Of a stretch of 64,000 bases of DNA, positions 38,167 to 52,394 are shown piece after piece (positions within the stretch are counted from its first letter, which is position 1; the number at the start of each line of letters is the position of its first letter). Position numbers and translations under genes: made by a program. This DNA is from Octopus vulgaris (taxonomy: Eukaryota). The DNA lies in NCBI GenBank assembly GCA_951406725.2, contig OX597833.1, positions 39,928,001 to 39,992,000 on the forward strand, given 5' to 3'. The notes beneath the pieces are model-generated. The model was not told the origin of the DNA. It worked only from the letters and a program-made list of their open reading frames with translations, and made no database searches.

Positions 38167-39469
38167 TATTTTAATTCATTATTTAAAGCAGCACTTTCTC
38201 TGCTTGCAATCACTATGTTAATTGATGATAAATTCTTGCTTAAGTTGTTCATATCATATCTTTGCCTTGAGTCAATGTGTTTTTCAGATAATCTTTTATG
38301 AAATATACTTTGAATATGCTTTAATAGAATATTCAATTCCAATTTATTAATATCGCATTAGCCCACTCTTTTTCTATACCACAAATCGTGTTGAATTTCT
38401 TTTGATTAGTAATACAGGTTATATATAATTATTTCTCTTTATAACTAATATACCCAATAATTTTTATATATTTCTTAAATATTTTCCAGGTTTAACTACT
38501 TACATTATTTTACTTAAATTTCAAATCTATTTCACACCAAACTCCAACATAATTACATCATTTTGTGTACTTCATTATTTCATTATTATTTTGTTTAATT
38601 TTATACTCTAAATCTCACCATATATAAATAAACACACACACACACACGTGTGTGTGTGTGTATATATAAGTTTATATATGTATATGTTTGTATATATATG
38701 TTTATATATATGTATTTATATATGTAAAATATGTGTATGTGTGTGGTGTGTATGTGGGGGGGAACGTTTGTGTTTGTGTGTTTGTATTTATGCATATATG
38801 TTTGTTTGTAAACATCACTTAAAGATAAAACTTGATTATCTATTATTTCAAGAAGTGAGGCATTCTTGTTTCAAAACTTTGGTCAAGTTGAATGGTCAGC
38901 TGTTTTGCATTAAGGATAAAAGTTGAAGTTCACAACTCATCATTAACTAACCATCAAGACTCCAACATATGAACAGAAAATGACAATTAAGCATGCGCTA
39001 CTGTAGTTGACTGAAATTGAGATGTTTGATTGACTGGTCACCAAATTCAGTATCTTCACCCTAAATTGAATTTTTCTTGTTTCCTGTTGATTTACTATAA
39101 ATTTTCTCTCCCTCATAAAATTATTGTACTTCACCAAAATATTTGGAGAGTATCATGAAATATATTCGACAGAAGATCACACAAGGACATGGAATGGTTA
39201 TGTCACAATACAAATTTATATACTGCTGACTAGTAAGTTATGCAGTGGACTTGTATTAAACCACACAATGGAAACATGTGCAGTGATATTTTGAGCTATC
39301 CATTCATTTCTGTTTTCATTTGCATCATCAGCAAACTTTGCAATGCACTTTGTCTATGAGTAACAAGCCATTGCCTTGCTGATGACTTTCAGAAACCTTG
39401 TGAGTGAGTTTCACTGACAGAAACTGAAAGAAGCTTCTTGCATATATATATATATACATATATATACTA

Positions 39470-39684
39470 CGGGGTACTGCAAAGCATATGGCCTTGGGTA
39501 AATGAATATACAGGAGAATCAATTAATCATGATTTTATTCAATACATTCCTCTCTCAGATTCACATATTTATTGTTGCAGTCCTTAAATCTTTCTAAGCC
39601 CTGTAAGAGAACTTGGAAGGTTGAGCATCCAACCAGGCCTTTCATGATACCCTAAAAACCAGGAACTTTTCAGCACTCTCTCAC
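39470..39684. mobile_element. mariner-type MITE after a SINE B 5' remnant
   Basis: Degenerate TIRs GGGGTACTGCAAAGCATATGGCCTT and AAAACCAGGAACTTTTCAGCACTC, with TA on the left flank. Confidence 0.55.
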
Positions 39685-39934
39685 ATAAATGTGTGCGTGT
39701 ACATGTGTGTTTACATATATGTGTACACATAAGTATGTGTATGCATATTTGTGTGTGTATGCATATTTGTGTGTGTATGCATATTTGTGTGTGTATGCTT
39801 TGGACTTGTGTGTATGCATATTTGTGTGTGTATGCTTTGGACTTGCAAAATAGTCACCTTCATACAAACAATGTCATTTATTTTCAATATTCCATGCAAC
39901 ATGTCTAACTATGAGGAAATATCACCTTGCTTGG

Positions 39935-40232
<298 letters not shown>

Positions 40233-40421
40233 TACAGAGAACTTGCTGTTGGAACTCAGTATACATATGCTTTATTCTAAAGCATTGGGTGAGTACAGAA
40301 AGTAATATGAAATTAATGGAATGACAGGCAGCAGAAATCTCATAAGGTGATTATGTAATTCCTTTTCCCATGTCAATCCATTAATTTTATTTAATAATAT
40401 GTGTATATATGCCAACATATA

Positions 40422-40840
40422 CAGGCACAGGAATGGCTGTGTGGTAAGAAGCTTACTTCTCAACCACATTGTTTCGGATTCTGTCCCACTGTATGCCACC
40501 TTGGGCAGGTGCTTTCCACTATAGTCTCAGGCCAACCAAAGCCTTGTGGGTGGATGAATTTGGTAGATAGAAACCCGACTTATATATATATATATACACA
40601 CACATATATATGTATGTATGTATGTATGTATTTGTGTGTCTGTGTTTGTTCCCCCACCATTGCTAGACAACTGATGTTGGTGTGTTTATGTCCCCGTAAC
40701 TTGGCAGTTTGGCAAAGGAGGCCGATGGAATAAGTATTGGGCTTACAATGAATAAGTCCTGGATATGATTTGTTTGACTAAAGGCGGTGCTCCAGCATGC
40801 CCACAGTCAAATGACTGACACAAATAAAAGACTATAAGAA
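40422..40840 (+). mobile_element. SINE family B
   Basis: Full, moderately diverged copy. Confidence 0.88.
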
Positions 40841-41224
40841 TATATAAACGACAACAGCGATGATATATATATATATATATATATTCTGCATATATTTTCT
40901 ATGCATATATTCTATATATATATGGATGCATACACACACACACACACACATATGCACGTGAATGCATGTACAAGCGTGTAGGAAGTGGAAGGTAGTTTAT
41001 TACTCTATTTAGGCTGTTATGAGGGTTGATATATAAAAGTCTGTGAATAAATAAGATTCTGAGCATGGGTAAATGTTTTTATGCAAGGTCCTTTTACAAT
41101 ATGCTGGGGTAAATAATCTTTTAGAAATATCTAATGAAAAAAATGGTCGGTAGGGTTGTAATTTTATTTATTTGTTTGATTTATGTAAATTTTAACATAT
41201 TAATATATTGTATTTAATTGATGT

Positions 41225-41513
41225 CGCTTCTAAATATGTGTATGGACATGAGTGTGTGTATTTGTATATATGTATATATATTTGTGTGTATGTATGTATG
41301 TATGCATGTATGTATGCATGTATGTATGCATGTATGTATGTATATGTGTGTGTATATGCATATATATATGTATGTATGTAAATATGTATGTATTAATAAT
41401 ATATAATATATGTATATACTCATACATACTCACAAACACACAATTCTATATACATACACATATACTCACACATAGACAGGCAGACAGACAGATAGATAGA
41501 TAAATAGATAAAC

Positions 41514-41565
<52 letters not shown>

Positions 41566-41934
41566 TTATGTATGTATGTATGTATGTATGTATGTATGTA
41601 TGTATGTATATGCACATACACACACACGCATGCATATACATGACTTTTTGAAGTGGGTTTCTTCTAAAGCGGTTTCATTTTTTGCTATATATATTTTCCC
41701 CATAGCATATATTATGCTAGCAGGATATTTTTCATTCATGAAAGGGTTATTCTTATATTCAGAATTAAAAACTGGTATTCAATCACACACACATACACAT
41801 ACACTCATAAAAACATATCGCACACAGACACATACACACTCACACATGCACGCACAAACACAAATTAACACAGATGCTCATACACATACGTATGCTCAAA
41901 TATGTGTATTTATGTGTATGTGTGCATGTATGTA

Positions 41935-41967
<33 letters not shown>

Positions 41968-42024
41968 ACATATCTATGTGTAAAACATATATATATAATA
42001 TATACGTATATATATATATAAACG

Positions 42025-42055
<31 letters not shown>

Positions 42056-42204
42056 TTGTAAATATGTATACACATCTATGTGTGTATATGTATGTATATA
42101 CATATATACATATTGCACATATGCATACATATATACATATCTTACCATATATATGTGTGTATGTGTGCATGCATATATAAATATGTACACACATAAATGT
42201 ACAC

Positions 42205-42237
<33 letters not shown>

Positions 42238-42273
42238 AATGCATATATTTATAGCTACATGTATATATGTGTG

Positions 42274-42315
<42 letters not shown>

Positions 42316-42902
42316 TACATATATATACATACATATATATGTATATATAGGTGTGTGTATATATAGCAGGTATATTTGTTTTTCTGTTCTCATATTAATT
42401 CTATAAAAGTTTCATGTTTGTTTTATGTACGTATGTATGCATTTATATGTGTCTGTGAGTGTCTAGTTGTGTATGTTTTTTGTTCTTTTTTTTTCTATTA
42501 AGGCTATTCTGCTGGATTTCTTTAAAAAAAAATAATAATTTCTTTCATATCCATCAGAAAAAGGGCTAGTTAATGTATAACATTTGTTTGGGTTTTTTTA
42601 ATTTTATTCCTGAAGGATCTCTTTATAATATTTTTTCTATAATATTTTTTCTTTCAACATTTTTTCGTTTTTTTTCTCGTTATTTAGTTTTTTTACCAAA
42701 TTTTATTGAATTCTTTCTTCATATTTTTTTTCCTTATTTTTGTCTATTATATATTATTTCAGGTTCAATATATCTAGGGGTTTCTCATTTTCAGAATTTG
42801 TGTTTTATGGCCATTACCTTTCACAGCTATTTTTTTGTCTTTTCTATAGGCCCTGTCTCCTTGCCCGTTTCACAATTGTTTATTCATTTATTATTGTTGT
42901 TG

Positions 42903-42945
<43 letters not shown>

Positions 42946-43137
42946 CATTATTATTATTATTATTATCATTATTATTATTAGATTTTTATATAAATATTCT
43001 TATCGTTTTCTTCCTCCTTTTCATCATCACCATCGTCATTGCCATTACTATTATTAAAGAAATCATTATAGGTATTATTGTTGTTGTTGTTTGTTGTTGC
43101 TATTATTATTATTAGCTTATTATTATTATTATTATTA

Positions 43138-43186
<49 letters not shown>

Positions 43187-43308
43187 TTCGTTATTATTAT
43201 TATTATTATTGTTTGTTGTTCTTTAGGATATGTTTTGCATAAAAATTTATTTTATATATATCTGTGAGCATGTGCATGTGTATGTGTGTGTATGCATATG
43301 TGTAATAC

Positions 43309-43342
<34 letters not shown>

Positions 43343-43455
43343 ACATATATAAATATATATATGTAAGATATATATATATATATGTATATAAGTATATATA
43401 TATTTGTACATATACATTTATATAGATATATGTATATATACAGATAAATATGTGT

Positions 43456-43507
<52 letters not shown>

Positions 43508-43580
43508 TATACATATATATACACATACACATAACAGAGATAGATGTAGATATATATGTATGTATATGTAAATATATGTC
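41225..43580. repeat. long degenerate (TA/CA/TG)n and (TTA)n microsatellite field
   Basis: Read directly. Source of the many Y/I/H/V/C-rich ORFs. Confidence 0.9.
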
Positions 43581-44142
43581 TTGTGTCACTTTTATTTATT
43601 TTAAAATATATTTACTTCAGGAGGAGAGGTGGTGACCTCTTTTCTCATCTCTCTCTCTCCCTCTCTCTGTAACTCCTTCTCTTCCCTCTTCTTCTGTTTC
43701 CTTTAACTCTCTTTTATCTCTACTCTCCCTCCTCCTCCTCCATCACATCCTTCAAACTTCTTTTACCTCTTTGTCTCTTACCCACAGCTTCACATACCAT
43801 TTCTACATTTGTAATCTCACATACATTTCACTAAATCACATTCGTTTCTCATAAACTTCAATCATCTTTTGATGATTGAAGTTGTGGCGGTAGTATGTGT
43901 GGTGGTGTGATGTCAGGGGGGGTAAAGCGGTAGGGATGATGATAGTACTGCTTCTGCTGCAATGATGCCAGTGATACCGGGATGTGGATGAGAGGTGGGG
44001 TGGTCTTGTTATTGTTAGTGGATTTTGTAGTGGATGATTGCATAGAGTTAAATGTTTTTGGTAGGCATAAGGCTGTTTATACAAACAAATAAGCATGCTA
44101 ACATACACACACACACATACACACATACGCACACACACATAT

Positions 44143-44186
<44 letters not shown>

Positions 44187-44332
44187 TTATATATGAGGTC
44201 CAACCCATGCTAGCATGGAAAGCGGACGTTAAATGATGATGATGATGATGATGATACTTATATATATATTATAATAATAATAAGGTTTGTATGTATATGC
44301 ATATATATACATATACATATATATATATATAT

Positions 44333-44552
<220 letters not shown>

Positions 44553-44579
44553 TATATATCTGTGTATATCTTCTATTTT

Positions 44580-45058
44580 TTATCTTTTATTTGTTTCAAA
44601 CTGTGGCCATGCTGGGGCACTGCCTTGAAGAATCTTTAGTCAAATAAATCAACATCAGTACTTTTTGTTTATTTTAAGTCAGATACTTATTTCATCAGAC
44701 CCTTTTGCCGAACTGCTTCGTTTCAGGGCAATCATACTAACGGCTGTCAAGTGGTGGGGGCACAAACACACACACACATCATTGTTATTATGTTAAACTG
44801 TTGTATGTCCAAATTTGGCCAAATGCGTTTTTTCCAATATTTATTTTTGCTTGCAATAGCCAGTTCTTTTGGTCAAACTATCGTATCTCCAGCTGTTCCA
44901 AATGACAAAATATCAAAGATTGTCAAAGTGTAGTACATTGCTATGGAATGGAAAACTATTTTTACATTTTTGGAAAAAAGCAACATTTTGGACTTACAAC
45001 ACTTTTACGTAATAGCAACGATATATATCTACAATGGGCTTCTTTCAGTTTCCATGTA
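44580..45058 (-). mobile_element. SINE family B remnant split by a MITE
   Basis: 3' half at 44580-44778; CAATGGGCTTCTTTCAGTTTCC resumes at about 45032. Confidence 0.75.
44779..45021. mobile_element. MITE with approximately 35-bp TIRs
   Basis: TCATTGTTATTATGTTAAACTGTTGTATGTCCAAA pairs with TTTGGACTTACAACACTTTTACGTAATAGCAACGA. Confidence 0.8.
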
Positions 45059-45280
45059 AATATATATAGGCAATATTAAATATCTCTGAGCTAGAAGTAA
45101 ACAGAAGCAGTACGGAATCATAAAATATAATTGCCAACTAAATGGGGCAGTCCCATAGAGGACGATTCTACTGTTATTTTTAGCCCCATGAGGACATCTC
45201 TTCCAGCTGGCTAATGACACACTGTCTTTGTCCAATTAGTATTTGTGAGAGGAAATCATTGTTCCCATCTCAAGCTTTAC

Positions 45281-45338
45281 GTGATACACACAGACCCAGG
45301 TTTCTGGTAGCAACCCGTCATCAGTGTGTGATAATCAC
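45281..45338 (-). ncRNA. minimal type I hammerhead ribozyme motif (Penelope-associated type)
   Basis: Minus strand: GTGATTATCACACA-CTGATGA-CGGGTTGCTACCA-GAAAC-CTGG-GTC-TGTGTGTATCAC. Intact CUGAUGA/GAAA/UC core, stem I CACACA:TGTGTG, self-complementary stem III; stem II has an imperfect closing pair. Confidence 0.8.
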
Positions 45339-45454
45339 CAGTTAGTGATGAAAACTCATTCTACCTGCAAAATACTATATGCTTTTTCCAGTGACAACTT
45401 TTGCTGACATCAAAAAAGGAGAGATAAGCAATATTAAATCTATGAGCAAGAAGT

Positions 45455-45850
45455 AGACAGGAGCTAATTTCTGAATCTCCTCTGATGTTATACCACGGGA
45501 TACATCCACAGTTCCTTGCTCTTAAATTGGCATCCGTTCTCATTAACTCATTACTTTAGAATACTCCACAAGTTTTCTATTGGGTTTTAGTAAGGGAAAC
45601 AGGGAGGCCACTTCATCTTTTGAGGTCCACAGAAGCCTAATTGTTGCAGATACTCTGTAATTTTCTTTACTGAGTGTGAGGGTGCATTATCTTGCATGAT
45701 TATTATAGTTATCTTGAAGGTAACCTTTTCCTTTTTTAACCAAGTTTGAAGGTGCTCCCTGAGAAAGGCTATGTAAGCATCCACAGTCATTTTAACACTG
45801 TCAGGCATTTTCCAAGGACCATACATAATACTTCTAATATTATCTGTCCA
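45455..45850 (-). pseudogene. Tc1 transposase C-terminal fragment
   Basis: IIMQDNAPSHSVKK...KWPPCFPY*NPIENLWSILK...NENGCQFKSKELW. Confidence 0.85.
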
Positions 45851-45937
45851 ACAAATAGTTTTTAAATAAAATAAACAATGTTATGTCATTAATCATTTGA
45901 AATGTAACTTTTGTCTGAAACAACTTAGTAGTTTTAA

Positions 45938-46153
45938 CCCTTTAGCATTTAAACCAACCATATCTGGCTCAAATATTCTACCTGTTTTATATTCAAATTG
46001 GTTAGATCTGACTTCTTTTACCTATCCTACAATGTCATTCTAAAAATAATCACATCATTCAAATTTCAAAGCTACAAAATAATAAATCATTAATTCAAAA
46101 GAATGTGAAAACATAAGCATTACATTTGACAGAGTAATCTCAATGTTAAAGTG
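45938..46153. mobile_element. piggyBac-like MITE, right end eroded
   Basis: TTAA-CCCTTTAGCATT...AATGTTAAAG. Confidence 0.6.
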
Positions 46154-46299
46154 GTGGTGGTCATGGTGGTGGTTGTGGTGGTGGTCACGGTGGTCGTCAT
46201 GGTGGTCATCATGGTGGATGTGATGCAGTCATTGTCATGGTCATGATGGTCATGGTGGTGGTATGGATGGAGCAGAGGCAACAACTGTATGTTGATTCA

Positions 46300-46960
46300 A
46301 CCAAGTTGAGTCCCATTTAACTTCTGTACTGTAGGAGCTACATATAATAGTCTTTCTTATGATGGTCTTTTGGTGGATGAGGTGATCTTTTGTTGAGCTT
46401 AAAATGATGTTTCTGAGAGTTACCATGATAGAACCAAACCCCACTTCTCAGAGTGGGTTTCTACTGAGTTATATCATTTGCATAAGAGTGCATGATGATG
46501 TTGTTGAATGTGGCTGCAAGTAGGTCAGTGTTGCATAGAAGGAAAAGAATAGAAGACAAAAGCAAACTCTACAAAACACCAGAACTGACTGAGAAATGGA
46601 CTGAAAGAGCTTTGTCAATAAATGCTATGATTGTGTGATCTCATAGGAATTTACTATTCCAAGAATTAAGAGATGGATGGAGGTTATAGACAGGAAGATC
46701 TAATCGGAAATCCACATGTCAGACATGGTCAAAAGCATTACTTATGTTTAGCGCAACAGCAGTACCCTCTCTAAAGTGAGAGCCCATTGATGGGTGGCCT
46801 AAAAGAAGAGGTCTTTCAGGGATCTGGCTCTGTGGAAGCTGTACTGCAACCACTGAAGAGAGAGTTGTACTTTTCTCTTGTGGATTTCCACAGAAGTGAA
46901 CCATTGTGTTATTTCTCATATCAATTCATGAAATCCTTCACCTCAGCTTCTACCCCTCAC
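46300..46960 (-). pseudogene. degenerate non-LTR (CR1/L2/Jockey group) RT fragment
   Basis: VALNISNAFDHV*H...LHPSLNSWNSKFL*DHTI resembles the ALDISKAFDRVWH...WISSFL RT motif. Confidence 0.55.
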
Positions 46961-47069
46961 CTGTACCTTACCCAATTCTATACAGTACATGACATGCTTC
47001 TACATATTTCACTAATTCATCATAACAACAACCACCACAATAAAAAACACTACCCCAAGAAAATAACAA

Positions 47070-47712
47070 TGGTTTCAAGTTTTGACACAAGGCCAGCAAT
47101 TTTGAGGGAGTGGGTAAGTCGACTCCATTGACTTCAGTGATCAACTAGTACTTATTTTACCAACCCCAAGAGTTTGAAAGACAAAGTCAACTTCAGTGGA
47201 ATTTGAACCCAGAATGTGAAGATGGATGAAAAGCTGCTAAGCATTTTGTCCAACATGCTAGTGATTCATCCATCTCACTGACCTTCCCTAGGAAAATGAT
47301 AATTATAACAAGAAGAAATGCTTCTAGTTCAGACTCAAGCCATAAAACTTGGAAAGAAGGTGTTAATCACTTGAATTCACTTAGTAAAAAAACTGGTACT
47401 TTATTTTATCAACCCCAGCAGGATAGAAAAGGTAAAGTTAGAAAAGGTAAAGTTAGAAAAGGTGGCAAGCTGGCAGAAACGTTAGCACACTGGGTGAAAT
47501 GCTTAGTGGTATTTCATCTGTCATTACGTTCTGAGTTCAAATTCTGCCGAGGTCGACTTTGCCTTTTATCCTTTCGGGGTCGATAAATTAAGTACCAGTT
47601 TCACACTGGTGTTGATGTATTCGACTTAATCCCTTTGTTTGTCCTTGTTTAGCCCCTTGTGGGCAATAAAGAAATAAGAAAAGGTAAAGGAATTTGAACT
47701 CAGAATTTAAAG
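47070..47712. mobile_element. cluster of SINE family A: minus copy 47070-47286, and a plus copy 47461-47678 nested in another minus copy
   Basis: Consensus matches. AGAAAAGGTAAAG is repeated on both sides of the plus copy. Confidence 0.8.
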
Positions 47713-47736
47713 AGCCAGAGCAAAAATCGTCGTTAG

Positions 47737-48988
47737 ACAGTGGCCATGCTGGAGCACAACCTTGAGGAATTTTAGTAGACTGAATCAACCCCAGTACTCT
47801 TATGCTATTCTTTGTTAAAGCTTGGTACTTATGCTTTTGTTCTCTTTTGCTGAACCACTAAGTTAATGGGATGTAAACGCACCAACACATGTTGTCAAAC
47901 GGTGGTAGGGGACAAACACACACACACATGCACACATACAGGGTACGGTGAATATGTTGTCTAAATTACACAAGAATTAAAATAACACTGACATCTCATT
48001 TTAACAGATATATTTACCAAAATTGCATGAAAATATTTTGAAATACTAAAGAGTAAATTTATTCAAGGAAATCGCCTTTGGCTTCAACCATGGCCTCCAG
48101 ACGACTTTGGAACTCTTGCAACTTTTTTGGATGGTCTCCTTGTTTAAGTTGGTGAATACTGCCAAAATCCTTGCCTTCAGTTCATCTTTGGAGATACTAG
48201 AAGTTTTGTTGATCTCTTGCTCAACTGTGCTCCACACATAATAACCAAGGGAGTTGCAGTCTGGGGTGGTAGGTGGCCAGATGTTAGGCGTAATGTATCG
48301 CAAAAATTATCTGACAGTCGTGACTGGGTTCTCCTGCTTGTGTGGCATGGTGCAGATTCCTGTTGCCAGACATACGATCTTCCAGCAGCCACCCTGTTGA
48401 CCCAGGGCAGCACTACCTCCTCCATGCACTTGATGTAGGCCTCCATGTTGAGTCTGAAGCCTTGTGGGAAAATGAATGGTGGAATTATGTCGCCATCACT
48501 AGTGATCATTCCAAGCACCATGATGCTGACTGGGCATTTTATTTTTATCACTCTCAGTACATGTTTTGGGGACACAGCATGCCAACGGTTGTTCTGAGTG
48601 TTCGCCATTTGTTCCTGTTGGAGCTTTCGGTGTGAACGCCAAGCAGTACAGCTAGTCATTTCCAAATTTCTGGCAGAGTGAATTGCATCATCCTGCTGTT
48701 TTTCCTGCAGACAGTGCCCAACTGACCCTACTATACTATGTAGTTGATAAAATCAAAAACAAACAATGTGCATGCATGAAAGAAAAAATATAAATGGCAA
48801 CAGTTTAGCTTTCACACCCTGTATATACAACAGGCTTCTTTCAGTTTCTGTCTACCAAATCCATTCACAAGGTTTTCGTTGGCCCCAGGCTGCAGAAGAC
48901 ACTTGCCCAAGTTGTTACACAATGTGGATAACTCAGGAATATGTGGCTGGGAAGCAAACGTCTTACTACACAGCCATCCCCATGCCTA
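47737..48988 (-). mobile_element. SINE family B split by the maT transposon
   Basis: Halves at 47737-47936 and 48824-48988. Confidence 0.8.
47939..48821 (-). mobile_element. maT (DD37D) Tc1/mariner-superfamily transposon, internally deleted
   Basis: TA-CAGGGT...ACCCTG-TA ends. Peptide VWQQ(E)SAPCHTS...WPPTTPDCNSL(G)YYVW has 37 residues between the mutated second and third catalytic positions after joining one frameshift. Confidence 0.88.
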
Positions 48989-49693
48989 TTTCTCCAATAT
49001 TCCAATGGTTCTGTCCATTCACCACCCTTAAAGAAATTTTTGCTAGAAGACTTGAAATTCTAAAGAGGAAAGGGTTTAGTAAATTACCTTTGAGACCAGA
49101 ATTTGGTTGGTAGATTTTTTTATTGACCCAGGGGATATGAAAGACAAAGTTGACCTCAGATGGATTTGAACTCACAACCTTAAGAGCCATAATTAAATAT
49201 TAAAAGCCTTTCATTTTATGATCTTGCCACTTTGTCGACTATCATTTACTTTTCTGTATACTCTATCAGTCATTCCAAATATCAACATCAGCACTATCAC
49301 CAACCACCACCACCACCACAACCACCACCACCATCACTACAACTACTACTACTACTACTACTACTATCACCGCCACCACTACCACCACCACCATCACCAC
49401 TACTACTACAGCAGTAACTACTGTCACCAGATCAGAAATTGTTGCTTGTAATACATATTGGTTGTATTGGAAATGTATACACAGGAGATGTTTGACAACT
49501 GCATGTATACAGACAGTATCACACACATGCATGCATACACACACATATATACACAAATGCATACACACACACTCACGCATACAAGTATGTATTGTTATAT
49601 TTATCTATGCATCATGTTAAATATCAATTATTATTGAGTACATTTTACTTTCTGCTTATCACAAAGTTACAAACACTATGTGTGTTTGTGTGT

Positions 49694-49731
<38 letters not shown>

Positions 49732-49983
49732 CTGTATGTCTGGGCATACATACATGCATATGTGTATATATACATATATACGTACATATATATATTGCAT
49801 AAGTGTATATATCTATATATCATATTGTATATATATACATGTATTATATACATACATATATTTACATATATATGTATATATATATATACACACACGTACA
49901 TATATATGTAAATATATGTATGTATATAATAGACACACACACACACATATACATGCATACATATATATATATATATATTTCAT

Positions 49984-50017
<34 letters not shown>

Positions 50018-50548
50018 ACATTCTCTACACACATAAATGTATAGACCTAAACCATGGCATGTCACTTGGGATAAAAAGAATGCTTTGGTTATATCAATTG
50101 CAGAATCATATACAGATTCAAAAACAAAAGCAAAGCTAACAACAACATCAACCACAACAACAACGACAATAACAAAAACAATACCAATAACAAACACAAC
50201 TAGCTTAATCAATGAATATTTGAAAAATAATGGAACTCAAGTAAAGAAAAGAAGCTTTACTTACAAATTCATTTTCCAGTCATATGTATATATATATATA
50301 TTAATTTCATATTTTAAGTAAAAAATTATATTAAAATGCAGAATAATTTAAGTTCATTAGTGTCTCCAAATAGATTTGAACCCTTGTTTTAATCTCATGA
50401 CTTTTATTTCTATTCATTTGAACCATCAGCTTAGTTTTCTTATGTGGCGTATGTATGAAGCAATGACGTCTTGTTTATAATACGTGGCTGAATTTATTTC
50501 ACTTGTATGCATACAAACGAAAATTCCTATATATATGTGAGTGTTTAT

Positions 50549-50913
50549 AAGCTAAGTTAAGTTAATTTTTTTGGCTCAAAAAGCAAAAAGCAAGGCCATG
50601 TACGGGGACATGGTGTTATGTACAGGGAGGGTGTTCATGCAAAGAGTTCAGGCCATTTCTGGTCAAGAGAGACTTTGAACCAAGCGGTCGTCACCATCTT
50701 CCCTATCTCGTCTGGCAGCTTATTCCACGGATCCGCAACCCAGACGGAGAAAGCCCCTCTCCTTCGATTGAGATGAAATCGTCGCAGATAGAGCTTTTCG
50801 GAGTGACCCCGCAGCCGACGCTCTGGAGCAGGAGTGAAGAACAGCTCTTTCGAGAGGTTACACTTTCCGCTTATGATGTTGTGAGCGAGAATGAGATCAC
50901 CACGGCGGCGGCG
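50549..50913 (-). mobile_element. young CR1-clade LINE 3' end (ORF2 C-terminus 50635-50913, 3' UTR, (AACTT)n tail)
   Basis: Open peptide RRRRGDLILAHNIISGKCNLSKELFFTPAPERRLRGHSEKLYLRRFHLNRRRGAFSVWVADPWNKLPDEI...WPELFA*. CpG-rich. Confidence 0.92.
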
Positions 50914-50928
50914 TGAATATATATATAT

Positions 50929-51363
50929 AGGTGCAGGCGTGGCTGTTTGGTAAGAATCTTACTTCCCAAGCACATGGTTCTGATTAGCACCTTAGGCAAC
51001 TATACTTTCAAGCTGGCCAAAGCCTTGTGAGTGGATTTGGTAGACGGAAACTGAAAGAAGCCTGTCATATTGTATATATATATATATATATTTCTTTTTT
51101 TTTCTAGTTTCAGCTCAGAGCTACGGCCATGCTGATGCACCGCCGTTGTATATATATACTCTTTTACTTGTTTCAGTCATTTGACTGTGGCCATGCTGGA
51201 GCACCGCCTTTAGTCGAGCAAATCGACCCCGGGTCTTATTCTTTGTAAGCCCAGTACTTATTCTATCGGTCTCTTTTGCCGAAGCGCTAAGTGACGGGGA
51301 CGTAAACACCAGCATCGGTTGTCAAGCAATGCTAGGGGGACAAACACAGACACACAAACACAT

Positions 51364-51400
<37 letters not shown>

Positions 51401-51834
51401 CATAAATATATGACAGGCTTCTTTCAGTTTCCGTCTACGAAATCCACTCACAAGGCATTGGTCGGCCCGAGGCTATAGCAGAAGACACTTGCCCAAGATG
51501 CCACGCAGTGGGACTGAACCCGGAACCATGTGGTTGGTTAGCAAGCTACTTACCACACAGCCACTCCATATATATATATATATATATATATATGTGTATA
51601 TATATATATTTATATATATATGTGGTGGAGAAGTTTTCGTGTCTGTGTTTGTCCCCCACCACTGCTTGACAGCTGGTGTTGGTATGTTTACATCTCCGTA
51701 ACTTACCAGTTCAGCAAAATATTCTGAGAGAGTAAATACCAGGTTTAAAAAATAAAAGCCCTGAGTTCAAATTGCTCAACTAAAACCCAGCATGGTGATA
51801 GCTAAATGATTGAAACAAGACAAAAGATAAAAGA
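50929..51834 (+). mobile_element. older SINE B (plus) containing a young SINE B (minus, 51157-51567) in its central microsatellite
   Basis: Outer halves at 50929-51070 and 51639-51834. The inner copy is near-consensus and CpG-rich. Confidence 0.85.
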
Positions 51835-51853
51835 TGTGTGCATGTGTATGTAA

Positions 51854-51886
<33 letters not shown>

Positions 51887-51889
<3 letters not shown>

Positions 51890-52290
51890 TCTTTTACTCT
51901 TTACTCTTTCACTTGTTTCAGTCATTTGACTGTGGCCATGCTGCAGCACTGCCTTCAGTCGAGCAAATTGAACCCAGGACTTATTCCTTGTAAGCCTGTT
52001 CTTATTCTATTGGTCTCTTTTGCTGAACCACTAAGTTAACGGGATGTAAACACACCAGCATCGGTTGTCAAGCGATGTTGGGGGGACAAACATACACATA
52101 CACACATATATATATACATATATATATGATTGGTTTCTTTCAGTTTCCATCTACCAAATCCACTCTCAAAGCTTTGGTTGACCCGAGGCTATTGTAGAAA
52201 ATACTTGCCCAAGGTGCCACACAGTGGGACTGAACCCGGAATCATGTGGTTCGTAAACAAGCTACTTACCATACAGCCACTCCTATGCCT
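51887..52290 (-). mobile_element. SINE family B
   Basis: Full reverse-complement copy. Confidence 0.9.
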
Positions 52291-52358
52291 ATATATCTAT
52301 TTAAATATATGCTACTGTGTAAATATATAGATACATACATATTTATAAAAATATACAG

Positions 52359-52394
<36 letters not shown>

